Of a stretch of 56,035 nt of DNA, positions 42,178-56,035 are shown one piece after another. This DNA is from Stylophora pistillata (Eukaryota). Under the pieces are notes generated by a model. That model was not told the DNA's origin. It worked only from the letters and a program-made list of their open reading frames with translations, and searched no databases. The DNA lies in NCBI RefSeq assembly GCF_002571385.2, contig NW_019218554.1, forward strand, positions 5,293 through 61,327, read 5' to 3'. The position numbers and the translations under genes were made by a program. Every line of letters starts with the position of its first letter. Position 1 is the first letter of the stretch.

Positions 42178-45100
42178 CTACACATACGCTTCGGTGATAT
42201 TCGCTTCTTTCGACCATTTCATGGCCCTGAAAGTATCTCTGAGCGCTACAACAGTAGCAGTGTCTTTCTGTCCCCACTCCCCAAGCATAGCATCGGTGGC
42301 TGTTCTTTTATCCAAAGCAAAATTATTGATCTGGGTAGTGTTGAATTGGAGTCGTCCACCCAGCTGTTTCCATCGGTCTCCAGGATTTAAAAACTGTGAT
42401 AGTTCCGAAATAAGGGTGTAAGAAACGTCTCGAAGCATTTTATCACCTGAATTGACGAAGGAAAAAAATGGTTTTACAATTGTGATAAAGAATTTGAAAG
42501 CGACAAAGAGAAGTAATTCTCATGAAAGCGTTAAAAAAGATCTTCAACCCCCAGATCCCAGATGATAAATTTCTTTGTGACTCAAGTTTGATTGACAAAA
42601 GTTATCACGCCCTCTGGTCGGAAGAAAAGGGAGAGGTGACGATCTTGGGGTAAGGCGAAGAAAGCTTTACATCCGCGAAAAAAGGGCGTATGATTAAAAA
42701 AACAACAACAACAGTAACAAACAGAAAAAAAAAGGATGTCACCAACCATGTCGTCCTCCAATGAAGGGCAAAGAGCTGTAGGGATTTTCTACTGCTCCAA
42801 CGACTTCCCTCGAGTTTGTTCTTGTACTCGGTTCCTCGCATGAATCTACTGAAATAAAAAGCATTTACAACTTTGATGGCATGACTCTTTCACTCCACCA
42901 AAACGTTAAAAAATGGGACCTCCATTGCACCTGTCTGGGCAGCTTAGACGACGAATGGCCCCTCTTTTTAGGCGAAGTCAGTCGCGCAAGTTAGATAAAA
43001 GGACAAAAGAAATCAGCGAGACAAATAAATTTGGCGCGCTGCGTGGAGCTGTGGGAAAGAGGCGCAAAAAAGTAATAGTCTACCTCACGCGACGCGCAAA
43101 CATCAATTATTTTCCTTTGTTTTCTTAATTTAGACTCACATGACAGACATCGCTAAAAAGGTTGGCGTAGCTGGTTACAGATTCGATTAATTTCCTTCCT
43201 TGTCATTAGTAACCGTGACACAAAAATAGCAAGGAAAGTTGATCATACCTGGTTTGCCCCTCTTCTTTGGGCGTTTTCTGCTGCTCCGTCTCCTATGCCA
43301 AACACAAATCATTGCACCAATGACAAGGATGAAGAGCAGTGCAATAAGAGAGTATAAGGCAGCCTGGAAGCCAATTTCGTCCTCTTCAGAGGATTCACTC
43401 TCTTCCTTTACTCCCGTTACGACTGGTACATTCGCTGAAACGGAATAAGAAAGAGGTTTGGGTGGTGCCAAGGTTTCCAGAACCAAATCTCGTTCCCAGG
43501 TTCTTTCTTTTTTCCCCCACCCACTGAAGCACTTAAGGAGGGAGGGGTAGGAGAAAGGGAAGGGAACAGACACCGGTAACGAAGTTGTCCATACAGCACA
43601 TACAGCATACAGCCACCGGCACTACCATAAAGAAATTTCCACCTCAGCTTAGGGATTCTCTCTACCTTAAACGTGTGCCATTTTTTGAAATTAATCACAT
43701 CACTCTGTCATAAAATGTCACACATTTCATTTAAAATCTATAAAACTTCCTTGAACTTTGACGGCAAAATCGCATTGATAGCGCGGAATTTTTTCCCTCC
43801 TTTTTTCTCACCGTGCAAGGGCCTACCAAGTTAAATATAAATAACTAAAGTAAAGCAGTGTTCCTCGCAGGTGAGCCGCAATTTAAGCAATTGCAGAAAA
43901 GTGGCCTGAAAGAAATTCTGGCTTCGACATAACTAGAACCCGTGCTCCCCACCAATTGAGCCACGTGGCACATTTTCGAGGGTCCTTCTTTCCGGTGGAG
44001 GAATCTCATTTTAATTTGTACATGAAATTTAATTCAATTAAAAAAATCATGTAAATAAGTTAATTATCTACATATTTTTTCAAAGCAACCAGTAGCCGAA
44101 AAAAATTGATAGAGAGCGACTTACTGGATAGAGTTGAAAATGATTCGGATCCTGATGAAGATGTTGACGGCTCGTCCTTTGCTAATTTTGTCACACTATC
44201 AAATCGAAGGGTTGATTTGGTGGGTACAGGTCTCAAGTCTTTCTGTTTCGAATTATTTTTATCTTTCTCCGGTATGCATTTTGTGTCCTTCCTTCTAGTG
44301 CACTTCTCTAAAACGACCTCTCCTTTCTGACATTTACTACATGGTTTACAAGAAGCAAAGCCCTTGCCACTTGAAAACGTTTTTCCCTGATGAGAAATTA
44401 AAATATTTTTACAAAGTTAGTTTAAAAAACAAAATGAGGCAGTTAGTATCTTGGTACCATGGATAAAAATGATTTTGAATTTTGACTGTGGCGTCACCAT
44501 TTTACTGGAAAATGTATCGATATTGAAGAATAAATATTAGCGAGAAAAACACACAACGTTTCGATGCTATCGAATGTATTGATACTTGGGAAAAAGTCAG
44601 ACACAGATCAATCGTGGAAGTTAGCCCTTTAAACTCTTAGAAGTGATAAACAAGTAACTTCTCCCTATATAATCCATACATTATCCAGCAAATAGGTAAC
44701 GAGAATACTCGAACTTATCTCGTAGAAGTTTTCTTGATCTTAACCCAAATTCTCATAATAAATTTTACAAGAAAACTTGCAGAAGCTGGAGGGGAGAATT
44801 AAAACTCAGTTGTTGGAAGATAAATGCTTAGAGAGCTATTGGAGAGCAATTGAAAATAGCTGTTTGTATTTGATGTTGATAGCTTCTTTTTTCGCGTTTC
44901 ACAGATCACTGAGGCCATATGTTAACAGACGATTGTCTGTTTGATGGTTCTCGAATCTACTCTGACGTATTTGTATTTGATACACGTGTCATTAAATATA
45001 TTCCGTTTCGTCGTCCGCATATTTTGGTCGTCTGAATCTGATGTCTTCTTATTTTTCGTACTGATAAAGTGCTATTTGATCGAGTGCCTTAACAACCAAA

Positions 45101-46171
45101 GCTAAAGGAATTGTAACGGCTAATGAATCAGAGCGAGTGAAAATACCCTAAAAGGCCAAAGACAACTCAAAGTAAAAATAGGCAAACTGCTTCATACGCA
45201 GAAAAATGCGGTAAGCAAGACACCATTAGTTTTGGATCTGATTGTTTAAGTTTCTGGACCAGTTACTGTGTGAAGTGGAGCAATACCAAAGCGATACCAG
45301 ACAACTTTCGAAACCCAATTATAAATTGTGGTATTAATGCTTCTGGTGTGATAGACACATATTTGCAGTTCCGAACAAATTATCCTTCAGCAAAAATAAA
45401 AAAATAAATGGTAAGAGATATATTCGCAAAGATACCTATTACGCTGTTCTTTCAACACACTAGACACCCATCCGACAGACTAATACAACACGTTTCGCAA
45501 CCAGCTCATTATCAGCTCATTTTCGATCGCTATGGCAACATATCGCCAATGAAGCTGCTGTTATCAAGATAGGTTTTAGGTTAGCGTAATAAAATTTTCC
45601 TTCAAATGGAATAAAACCTCGAAATTATGTATGCGTCATACAGTCTTTCGCGTGACGTAATGTTGTTCTATTCGATGGGGACCGTCGATGGGTAAACCGT
45701 AATAAAAAAGCACGAGGTTCTGTAAAAAACATGTCGATTGATGGTGGTGCATAACAGATTGCACTTGACAAACTTGAAAAGCTCAAAAGTTTCGTCTTTC
45801 AAGGTGAAAATATGGTAGTATAGATCAGTTAAATGCTGAACAGCGTATTTTAGTCCCACCTTTTCGCAACGTTCACAAGTTGTTTTCCTTGTTGCTGTGC
45901 AGTTGCTCACAAATCCAAACCCTCGTCTACATGGCTGGCATTTGAGGCAAATCAAAAACGCGTCGAAGTAGTGACCAGGAGCGCACTCACACTTGGTGTT
46001 TGAGGTAGGGGTGCATGGTTTAACCATCACATTATTCCTCCCGACACAACTTTTACACGTCGAACAGCTTTGAGCATTTTCGTGATCCGTAAATGTACCA
46101 TTTGGACACTTTTCACAAACCAAAGTGGTTGAATTAACAAAAGTTCCTGGGCCGCATCCTACGGCGATTGT
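42178..46171 (-). CDS. TNF receptor superfamily death receptor (p75NTR/TNFRSF16-like architecture); signal-peptide exon not located
   Basis: Exons 46171-45860 (TNFR Cys-rich domains), 44386-44125 (CRD plus Ser/Thr stalk), 43434-43249 (TM plus basic patch), 42848-42747 (linker), 42446-42178 (death domain WKQLGGRL..ML.EW..ATV..L) join in frame (1131 nt). Confidence 0.9.
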
Positions 46172-49100
46172 CTGCGAAGAGAAAGTAAAATCAGTTCTTG
46201 CTTGGTTTTAGAGGTTTTGTTGTTTCATGTAGGATGGTTCATCATGACAGGATCCATAAATAGGCTTACACATAAAGCTACTTTTATTTTAATTTGATAG
46301 TGAAAATTTTACAATGGCGACCCAACCGTTTTGAAGACCAAACAGGCCGGTTTACTACATAAAAAATCCCCCCTAACCCTCCCTACACAAAGAAATCCTT
46401 CAAGTTTCCTTGGGGAGGAGGGAAAATTTGCGCAGGCCAGCCTTTGGGTCAGGCATTACTGAGCTCGTTCAGTTTGCGAGAGCCGCCTACACAAGACATT
46501 AAGTCTCAACTTTCCGCTCTGACGACAATAGTTGTTATGCAATTTGCGTCAACACAAAGCTATGGAAGACTGAAAATGATCACTTTTATCTCTAAGAATA
46601 TGGTATTAAATCAAACAAAAACTCCTTGTTAATATCGTCACCCTTTTTACATGGTAATGTAAGAATATTGTACTTAGAGAAATTTCTCATTAGTCAAGAT
46701 AGGAACTAGCAACATCCTGACATCTCCTTTTTCGGTTATGTTTTTATTGCCACGTTCTGTTTTGTTGTATTTTTCCTTCGCTGCAAGGGAAATAAGGTTT
46801 TTTTTTTTCTTTTATCTTCGCGTCAAAATCACTCCAAACAAAATCTAATATCTCGCAGTTTTTATCATTCATGTTTATCAAAGTGAAGTGCCTCTCAAAC
46901 AAACCCACGTTAATCGAAAATGATGAACGCTGAACGCAACGCAATTGACATCAAATCTGAAACACTGGTAAAAGTTTACAAATAAAACAAGTTTTAAAAC
47001 AGAAACCTCTTAAACTTTCATGTGATTATCATGATACTAAAAAGAATTTAATTGAATTCAGAAAAAGACTGCACAGGTCACGTGTAGGGGGTTCAAGGCC
47101 GCGGTACCTCTGACCACCAAGTAATGTTTGCTTATTTTGTTTACGGACTTCGTATAACACGTATTCTTCGACCTAAGAGGTAAAAAACCTTTTAAAAAAC
47201 TTTTTCACATCACGATGAAAGGTATATATTTTCTTTTTATGGCGTTGCGTGCTTGACTGTAGTCACGGGTAATTTGCACAAAATATCTCAAATTATCGCA
47301 CGCGAATGATACGAGACGAAAAACAAACTAGCCCTTTCACGGTCTACGAAAAAGCTAAGTTAACTGCTAAAATAACGTGATTTATAATTAAATTAAACGT
47401 AACTTTAGTAGAATTCCAACAGACAGACCACGGTTCAAATCGTCCCCGCTGAAATAAGCCCTAACGTAGCGTGAGCGTAACACGAAAAGCCAATTAATTG
47501 AGGTGGGCTTTTTGTGGTTTCCGCGAACACTTGAGTCAGTTTACATCTTAAAGTTTGGCGGAAAAAGGTAGGAAAAAAGGTCCTTTCGACCGTTTTAACG
47601 TTTAAAATGGGCAAATAGTAGTTTTATTAACTAATCAATGGAATAAAAAAAAGTTGATTTCGCTTTCCTTTGTTAAGAAAACGACGAATTTCAATGTTGG
47701 CAATGACATTTCCGTTGCCGAAAAGGCGCTGACTTGGCAAAAAGATTAGAGCGAGTCACGAAATGTTAATCAAGCGCTGGATTTAAACGGGTTTACCTCC
47801 TTTTAGCGCAAAATACTGCTAAATTTTAAACATAAACTGCAAAAACATGAGAAGATACAATGGCTTATCGCCTTGCACAGTGATAACATCCACTTGAAGT
47901 GACAATTTCCCAGAGGACGAGCATGGTGCACTAGCATAGAACTACATATTTTCACCTTTAAGTGTTTCCTTGGTGATTTCCTCAACAAAAGTGGTTTCGT
48001 AATCTTAAATTATCTACAAACGCAAACACTATCTTCTGTTTACGATGAAAATTTACCAACACCTTGTTAACGTGCGAATACATTCAAAACCACTCGCATT
48101 AATAACTTGTACAAACATATCATGGCTGTTTTAGCGCCAATGACGAAAATAATTGATTTCGCGAAGCACGTTGTGTTTCACAGAAATTCCGAGATTGAAG
48201 AAAATCGTTCGCAGATTACCTCGGACGGAGAAAAATATAAGTAAAACGGATCTGATAAGGTGAACTTAACCTTAGAGTTTCGGTTCAGATTTTTGTCTCG
48301 CTCTCAGTGGATAATCGTGAGAAAAACCTGCGTAGACGTATGGCTTATGCAACATGAACAAACACACAATATTTGTGCTACTGACATAATTTGCTCGCTG
48401 GTTACGACGATTCTTGACCGAACTCATATAGGAATAGTTCTTAAATGTTTGTTTGAAATATGCGATGCTGAAGAGACCCTGATATCGCGCACGGATGAGC
48501 ACCCTATCGGTCCATTCAAAGTAAATATATTTACTATCAACTACGTTTCCTATCGAAATCATAATGAACCAAACAGAAAATAAAAAAGATCTCTAACCTG
48601 TGATAATAAAACTAAAAACCAAAGACACCCAAGGCTTCTAAAACGCATTTTGAGTTCTTTAACGACGGTGCAGAAGAAAAGCCACTTTCTTATTAGACAA
48701 TGCTTCAATAAATGTCAAGTTCGCCCGGTGTAAATTGAGGTTATTGTTCCCACAATGCCAATCATTTACTTAACTAGCGTTTTCAATCTCCATGTCGTGT
48801 CCAGGCATATTTGAAAAGTCCACTGATAGAGTCTAGTCGTAAAAAGGTTTTAACTTTCGTTAAATCTGTGTTCCATTATTACCGCATCAGTTTCCGCCAA
48901 GAGTGCGCGATAAAAATAGAAATCTGTGAGGAAGAGGCAATTTCCCATACTCACGTACCAAATACATCAATCGATGTGGAGTGTTTTTATTGGAAAACGC
49001 AAACTTTTTCTTCCTTTTCCGCCGAAAAATGTTTCAAGCCTCAATGAAAAGGGAAAAAGAAAACCTTTTCAAGCCATTTTCTGCACATGTGTGGACAAAA

Positions 49101-52100
49101 ACATCAAACAATTATGTTAAAAGATAAATAAAAATATTCGAGGGACGAAGTCCATTTTCTGTGTAATTTATATTAGGCCATAATCTATTAAAGAAAGAGA
49201 CGTTTAGTCGCAATTATTCGTATTCGTAGCGTAAGAATTTCCATTTCTACCCACCAAAGTCTTGAGAATGCAGAAAAACGTGAAAAAAAATCGCTTTTTC
49301 CTTACTGAAGCGAGTTTTACGCAAGAGTGACGCCCTTTTCTGACCTAAATATAGATATATTTTTTTATTATTGAGAATTAAAAGTTGTGCTCTCAGAGAT
49401 TTAAGACGATCCGTACTTTTAAAAAAATATTTGCAGACAAGAACAATATCGCATCATTATATGAAAAACGAATATATAATAATTCAGTCCAAGAAATTTC
49501 ATCCTTACAAACATGTCGCCCCTAGCTCACATTCAAGTCACGTGCAAAGAATTGCGGTAGAATTCAATTATTGTAAGTGATTTTAATTTGTCTTCTGTCC
49601 TCGAGTTAATACCCCTTGGTTGCCATCAGACCTCTTCGTAGAAAACAGAGCTCTTACATCTAAAAGGAAAGTGCCAAAGATAAACTCTTTCTTTGGCTGC
49701 GAGCAATAATTAAACCTTTTAGCGATATAAGATAAAAAGTGACCCTCGATCCGATAAGGCGCCGGCCAGTCAGTACCAGGTCACGCAAGCATGTATCATT
49801 GCAAAATTCTACTTTAAATCTTTTAAAGTGAGAAACATAGCGTCCAGAATAAAAAATTCCCCTGTTCTATCCACTAAATCACCTTTAAAGAAGTCCGTTT
49901 ATTAAAATCAAAAAGTATAATCGCAAAGCTGTAGACCGAGAGAAGTAATATGGCGCTAGCTGTCTACCAGATCACGACATATTATTCATTCTGTTTGCTT
50001 TGTATTGCTTTGGTATGAATTTACGTTCGAGTTATTAAAACATCTGGCTAATTTTTTCCACATTCTTGCTTTGATTTACAACAGTAAGCATTAGCTCCGC
50101 TACAAAATATTTATTTTCCCATATTTGTATCCGACAAAGCGCAAAGTAAGAAAGGAAATCCGCATAGTACGTGATGTGTTCAACTAAGGTACACAATATT
50201 ACACCTGAAGGCGCTCTACGTGCCGTTTTACAAGTACAACAAAGAGTTTTGTAAAGTGTTAAAACTTGCAATAAACAACTGTACAGGAAAGGAATATTTT
50301 ATTAAAATGCCGTTCCGATGGGAAATAGAAGTCCAGCTGTGTAAAACAAATCGAACGGTTTCCGGTCTTGAAATCAGAGCCGTCGAACACGCAATCTAAT
50401 GGAACTTTTATCTATATTGTCTGTATGGTTTTTAAATTTGAAACAATTTAGAGTGGAAAATTGGTTTAAAAAAATGTAAATTTAAGGGTACACATCGTTT
50501 AACTAGAATGCGATGGAATGATAGATCCGTAAGACTTAGCGATATTTCCGGCAGGAGGCAAGAGTTCAATCTAGGAATTTTAATATATTCGCGATGGAAT
50601 TTCCTTGACATCTTGTTGATCCGCATCGACAACGATGCATCTCTATTGGAGCAAATGAATTACTACATTACGACGGGATTAAGTTTGTTTTGCTACTTCA
50701 CCACTTGACAATATCGGGGCATCTTGCAAAAACGAAAGAGTTGTTTTTCTTGACGAAACTAGCCCCCGAGGATCTAAAACACCTCGACTCTTGCATTTTT
50801 TCCTTTTTTTTTTTTTTTGTATATTTCAATGAGCTGTTCTCGCCGACCAAAATAAATAACTTTAAGGCACCATTCCACAAGTACGCCTTACAGGTGAATT
50901 ATTTAAACTATGCTGGTGCTGTTTTGTTGTAAACAAGGGTCTATTAGACCTTTCGATCTTTGGTAGCTCTCCCATCGCGATTTCCACTGTCAAAATAATT
51001 GCGGTCTGCAATTTGGCCCATTTTGCCACGGGCACTAAACGCATAATGTTTTGTGTTACAACATATTTGCCAACATTAGACTTACGACTGGCGCCCCGCA
51101 ATACACGAGACTCACAGCAAGCGATATCTTCGTGAAAGAAAAAATAAAGTAAACACGATACGCTCAATGCCCTGCTTTGTGCAATTTTCACTCAGCTGAC
51201 ACCGCGAAGTGCAGCAATGAAAAGAATCTTATATCTAATTGTAGTCTCTATTTATTGCGTATTGTTTTCGTTAGGCAAGTTCGAACATATACAGGGTAGG
51301 AGGGTCAGTTTAGAAGTCGCCCGAGCATACAGGCCGGCGAACACGAGCCGACAAAGAATACTATTTACCCTCACTTTAGAAGTATAATATGCCGAAAAGA
51401 TGCGAGAGGAAAAAAAAACACTCTCGAAACGGATTAAGAAACTCTAGCGAAGCCAAAAGTACCGCCAACATTCAAGACTGCGTAGTACTCGCTAATATGA
51501 ATCAAGCAAAGTAAAGCGATTTGTCAAAATTTTGTCCGGAGGGCAAAAGCGCTCAAATAAAGCGTTGTCAAATGCCGTTTTCTTTTCTGCTTTCGAGTAA
51601 CGGGTATTGGATTGCTTTTCCCGAGTGTTTTAGCCGTTGTTATGTTTTATAGTCTAAACAAGTCGGATATTTGTATCTCGCAGTTGGTTTCAACCTGTAC
51701 CGCAATTACTTGTACAATGTGATGGAGCCGCGTTCAAAGTTAATTATTGCAAAACCCCAATCAAAACATATCTTCCAAAATAAACAACAAATCTACTCCA
51801 CACGAAAGAGAACCGAGAAAATATGCTAGTTTGGCACAAATATCGAGTTTGAGACGGCTAGTCGCATGGCGAAGCAGCTGTATTCGATTCACTTTCAGCA
51901 TTCACATGGTGGTCTCCGGAACAAATGATACGTGATACTTTGCTAAAAGCATGTGCTTGTTCGCTCTCTGAAGACACGAAAACTTCTCTGCGAGACTGAA
52001 TAGGTGCAGTAGCCACAGCTGAAGCGACTTGAGCGCAAGAATAGAAAATGTATTCCCCGTGAAAGGCGAGATAGAGACATGAATCGTGTTAATTTCCATT

Positions 52101-55100
52101 TGTATTGGAGTTGTGTGTTGTCACGAGCGAAAATAGCAACCAAAGCGAGATTTTATCATAACTGCTTTCAAAAACATTCCATGGTTATTCTCATCAAACA
52201 AACCCGTGAAATAATAAATTTTAGTCTCATTAATAGAGCTATTCTGAACGCTAATGGCCCTGAAACGTTTCGAAAGCAATTTCGTCGCTCAACGCGAAAC
52301 GATGAAATAAGCAAAGTAATCAAAACCTTTCTAGATTTCACCGTGCCGGACGCCTCGAAGCCAATATGGCACGAAGAAAGGGCTATGTTTTGTAGAAAAC
52401 AACTTAAAAAAAGTGAAGAACTTACCGTGATCAATAAAGAGCTCCCGAATATAGTTGCCAGGAGCGCCAGAAAGCGCGCTACCATCTTTACTCCCTCCTC
52501 AATTGCGAAAATGCTAAGCTCGGCAAACTTTGAAGGTCGACCCCACGTGAGTGTGTTCGGGTTCTGTCCCTTCTTTGTGACGTCAATGTTTATTTTTGTC
52601 ATGCCTCGATTCCCGTGGATTCCCGTGACATTCTTGAAAGTCTCGTATCGTTGAAGGGATTTAGAAATGAAACTTATCGATTGGAGAGTAAGTACCTGAA
52701 AGTATGATAGCAACATATAATTATTATTTCCGATCCAGAGAATTCTTCGAATTTATGACTGAAACGAAAAAGAAAGGAAAAAACAACAGGGGTTTTATTC
52801 GAGTCTTGAGCAGGTGTACCATTCGCTAGGAAATTTATGCGATCGACCAGAAGCCCATCGCCTCTAGTGCGGCAATTATAAGAGCTATATTCAGGTAGAT
52901 TCCTTCGGAAAAAAAAAAAAGAGAATAAATGTATCCCTTTTCCAAGGTCGACTTTAAAAAAAACGGACACTGAACTAACAACTGTTTAATTTAGTGACCG
53001 CTAAAGTTTACAAGTTAAATGATTACCGTCGCAGACAGTGGGGCCAAGGTAATACGGTAAACTGAATTGACAATATTCCTTGATTACCATGTAATTAAAG
53101 TGATTCAACAGGCAAAGAGTGATAAGCGCGTGATGACCTCCTTACAGACGAGGTTGAAACGCCCATCCATTCCTCCTAGTCTTGGAACATTATACTGTTA
53201 CATTCGCCCAATTCCAGTTTTACCATTGACGAGCGCTAGCAGGCTTCTGAAATCATTTTACTTCACCAGCCTGGGCTGATCTTATTGTAAATTGTATATG
53301 TACGTCAAGGTTTGCTTCCCTCAAAATACCTCTTGGAGTCTTGAAACAGAGCAAAGCAACTTCACACAAATGTTACAATTCTAATGCATCAACCAACGCA
53401 TTTTTAATTTCTGTCAGTAATTCAGTCGTCGGCATAAATGGATTATAAAATACCCTCACAGAGTCACAGAGGTCATTTCTCTCTCTTGTGTTTATATTTG
53501 CCACTTAGTTCACTCAAACTTGATCGAAGAATAAATAAGAAGAAGCTTTGGAAACTAGCCAAACCATGAACTGCAAATTTTTGCACTCAAATATTGCCTT
53601 CGTCTCTAGATCAGTAAAGTGAAGAGTCGTTTATGATTAGATACCGAATAAAAGTCCCTTAAAATAGGAATTTTATCATGACCTCTTAGATTTCAATAGG
53701 GTTAAATCCCTGTTATCTTTTCAAGAACGCCGTCATTTCCCCGTTGTATGGGAGTGGCTGATTTAGTGTGTTAGGTATGTCGGTGAACCAGTATTAGATC
53801 GCGGCACTATAACGGCGATGTGTTTATCTTACCATAATCAGACCAATTGACGACTCGTCGCAGTTTCGAACCCAAAACAATCCGTTTGTTTGGTAACATA
53901 ACTCCAAAATTAGCAAGTTTCGACTTTGGCGTGACCCCCCAGTTTTAAAAGGTTTCCCTTCTGCGAGTAAAAATAGAACGAGACCAATTTACGAATCATT
54001 TATTGCCCACGGGTTAAAACCCAAGTCTATAAAAAAAAAACAATGCATGCTTAATTACCAAAGCACGAATCTATTTCAATTTAAGTCCTTCTTACAGTTT
54101 CTTTAAATGATTTAAAATAATCTCTTCGGCGCCTATTCGAAACGATTATACAGTAAGCTAGGCTTTCTTTTTTTATTTGCTTCCGGCGACTGCCGAAGTT
54201 GAACAATACTGAGTTGGAACGACGTATAAGGCAAATTACTTGAAGATATGTTCATAATGTTCCATATTTGGGGAGTAAAGGGTTCTGATTCGAGTCCGCT
54301 TCGTCAATGGGAAGGACATTCAGTGGAAAAGTCAAAGAGGAACCTAATTAACCGTGGCCAAGCGCAGCAGGAGGTCTGGGAACGAGACGATTCAATGACT
54401 GGGGTTGATGGTTATGACAAATCTTTTACGTTATTTTTTGTCGTTTGATCCTGAACGAGACCTTGATTGTCCTTCATTGTTATAGATATCGGACCTTCGT
54501 TCTGTTAAAACGAAAAAAGAAAAAAACAAAAACAAAAATGAAAGACTTTTGAATAAATGGACCGTCCTGAGTGAGCTTTGACAGTTTTTATGGCACGAGG
54601 CGACTACAGGTATTGATATGATATCCTAATCCTTCTTAAATGGCATAATAATCGTGTAAAACATCGCAATTCCATCCAACAAGGTCTTTAAGTGTCCCTG
54701 GCGATTTGCCATCACTTACATATTTGAACTACTTCTGAGTCTTCTTGGTCCAGCATCCTGATACAAAATGTATCATACGACGAAACATTCAACTTATTGT
54801 GTAAAAACTTCCCACTATATGGAGCAAAATGAATATTTGTCGAATATTCGACAAATTGAAGCACGCACACGGCAAATGGAAAAAAATTCCATATGTATTT
54901 TTTTCAGTGCTCTTTGCCCCGATGTCAGGTGCAACTGTTCACAACCGGGATCAATATCATCGTAGTGACAGCTTAGCTCTCTTAATCCCTATAGCCCAGT
55001 CAGACGGAAGTGCATTGGAGCGCGGATGACATCCTACTAAGCTCCGAAGTTCGATTCCTCAATTGGGATTCTGATAATTTTATTTGTTCTACGCTGAATA

Positions 55101-56035
55101 ACACCTTTACTCTAATATGACACTAATAAAAAGATTCAGTGATTCACGAAATTGATGTACGTGCAGTAATATAGGAAGATCCGTTGTTACTGAATCCTTC
55201 ACACTTTAGTATCAGTATGCAAACTCTCCACACGGTTCACTGCGAACACTTCTTGCATTGGTCAATTCAGTATGATTCATAAACATGGCTAACGCAACAA
55301 TCTGACCTTCACTAGCGAAAAATAGAAAAAATTTGGAACAAAGCCAGAAAGTTTCGAGTTCTTAGAAGAATCGAATGGCGTATATCGCCATAACTGTTCT
55401 CTCATCAGTTATTCCGGATCCCTCCCCTTTCAAAGGCGGGTAATAGCAGATCTTTCTAATTCAAATACAATTTCACGCGTTTAATACGCATTGAATACGT
55501 TGCTTAACATACTGTTTACGAACAGTGAGATATCAAGCCTTTTCTTTATTTCTGCTCATCATCAGATAAAAAATATTGGTCGCGTATTCAGATGTATTGT
55601 GCGCAATTGGAATAATGTGGATACCCAAATGATCTTGACAGTTTGTTTTAAACATGCATACGATAAAATTCACAACTTCTGCTCTTAGGGGGAGAAGAAA
55701 TGGACTAGTCATTACAGCTTTTTGGGTGATTGGGCAGCGAACCGTTGTCAGAGATGGAATTGTCTACCTTCAAAGCGAAAATGAGTTATGCGAAAATTCT
55801 TTATATAATGGGCTCAGCGGTATAGAAGACATCTTTACATTAACCGAGTAGGCGCCTCATTTCTGGACGCGGTGTCCTCTTTGATGCAACGTTTATTTCG
55901 GAGCGAAGCCGATGAGAGTGAATACAATGAGGCTTTATAGGAGCATTTGCATTTCATAAAAATGAAAGAAAAATGAATACAATCTAAGACAGTGTTCTAA
56001 TGGGATCAACTGTTTAAACCGCAACCGATGTGGGT

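Noticed and set aside
47797-47940. Candidate TNFR signal-peptide exon
   Set aside because: In-frame stops precede the GAG|GTAAAC donor-like site and there is no clean hydrophobic core.
54975-55075. tRNA-like sequence (TAGCCCAGT...GTTCGATTCC)
   Set aside because: No cloverleaf; looks like a decayed tRNA-derived SINE head.

Overview
Intron-rich, AT-rich animal genomic DNA. The repeat families and gene set suggest a scleractinian coral, but this is inference. Manual spliced reconstruction gives, in order: (1) the 5' end of a secreted protein with about 21 N-glycosylation sequons in 176 aa (minus strand, runs off the left edge); (2) an 8-exon ADAT3 gene with an intact tRNA-Glu(TTC) in intron 4; (3) four mARC/MOSC molybdoenzyme paralogs (+,+,-,+) with the same exon architecture but different active-site residues; the first is head-to-head with ADAT3 with only 54 bp between start codons, and the fourth lacks its last exon next to an assembly gap; (4) inside intron 1 of the third paralog, a ~1.4 kb patchwork bracketed by a 46-bp direct repeat, holding an orphan CILP-like exon, an orphan RERG/RASL-like exon and a decayed hammerhead-ribozyme motif; (5) a complete 6-exon ARPIN gene; (6) a death-domain TNF-receptor gene whose first exon was not found, followed by ~10 kb of CpG-retaining non-coding DNA. 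Many MITE-like inverted repeats, a GGGATCCC-based minisatellite and two N gaps are also present. All homology calls come from motif recognition by eye, not database searches.
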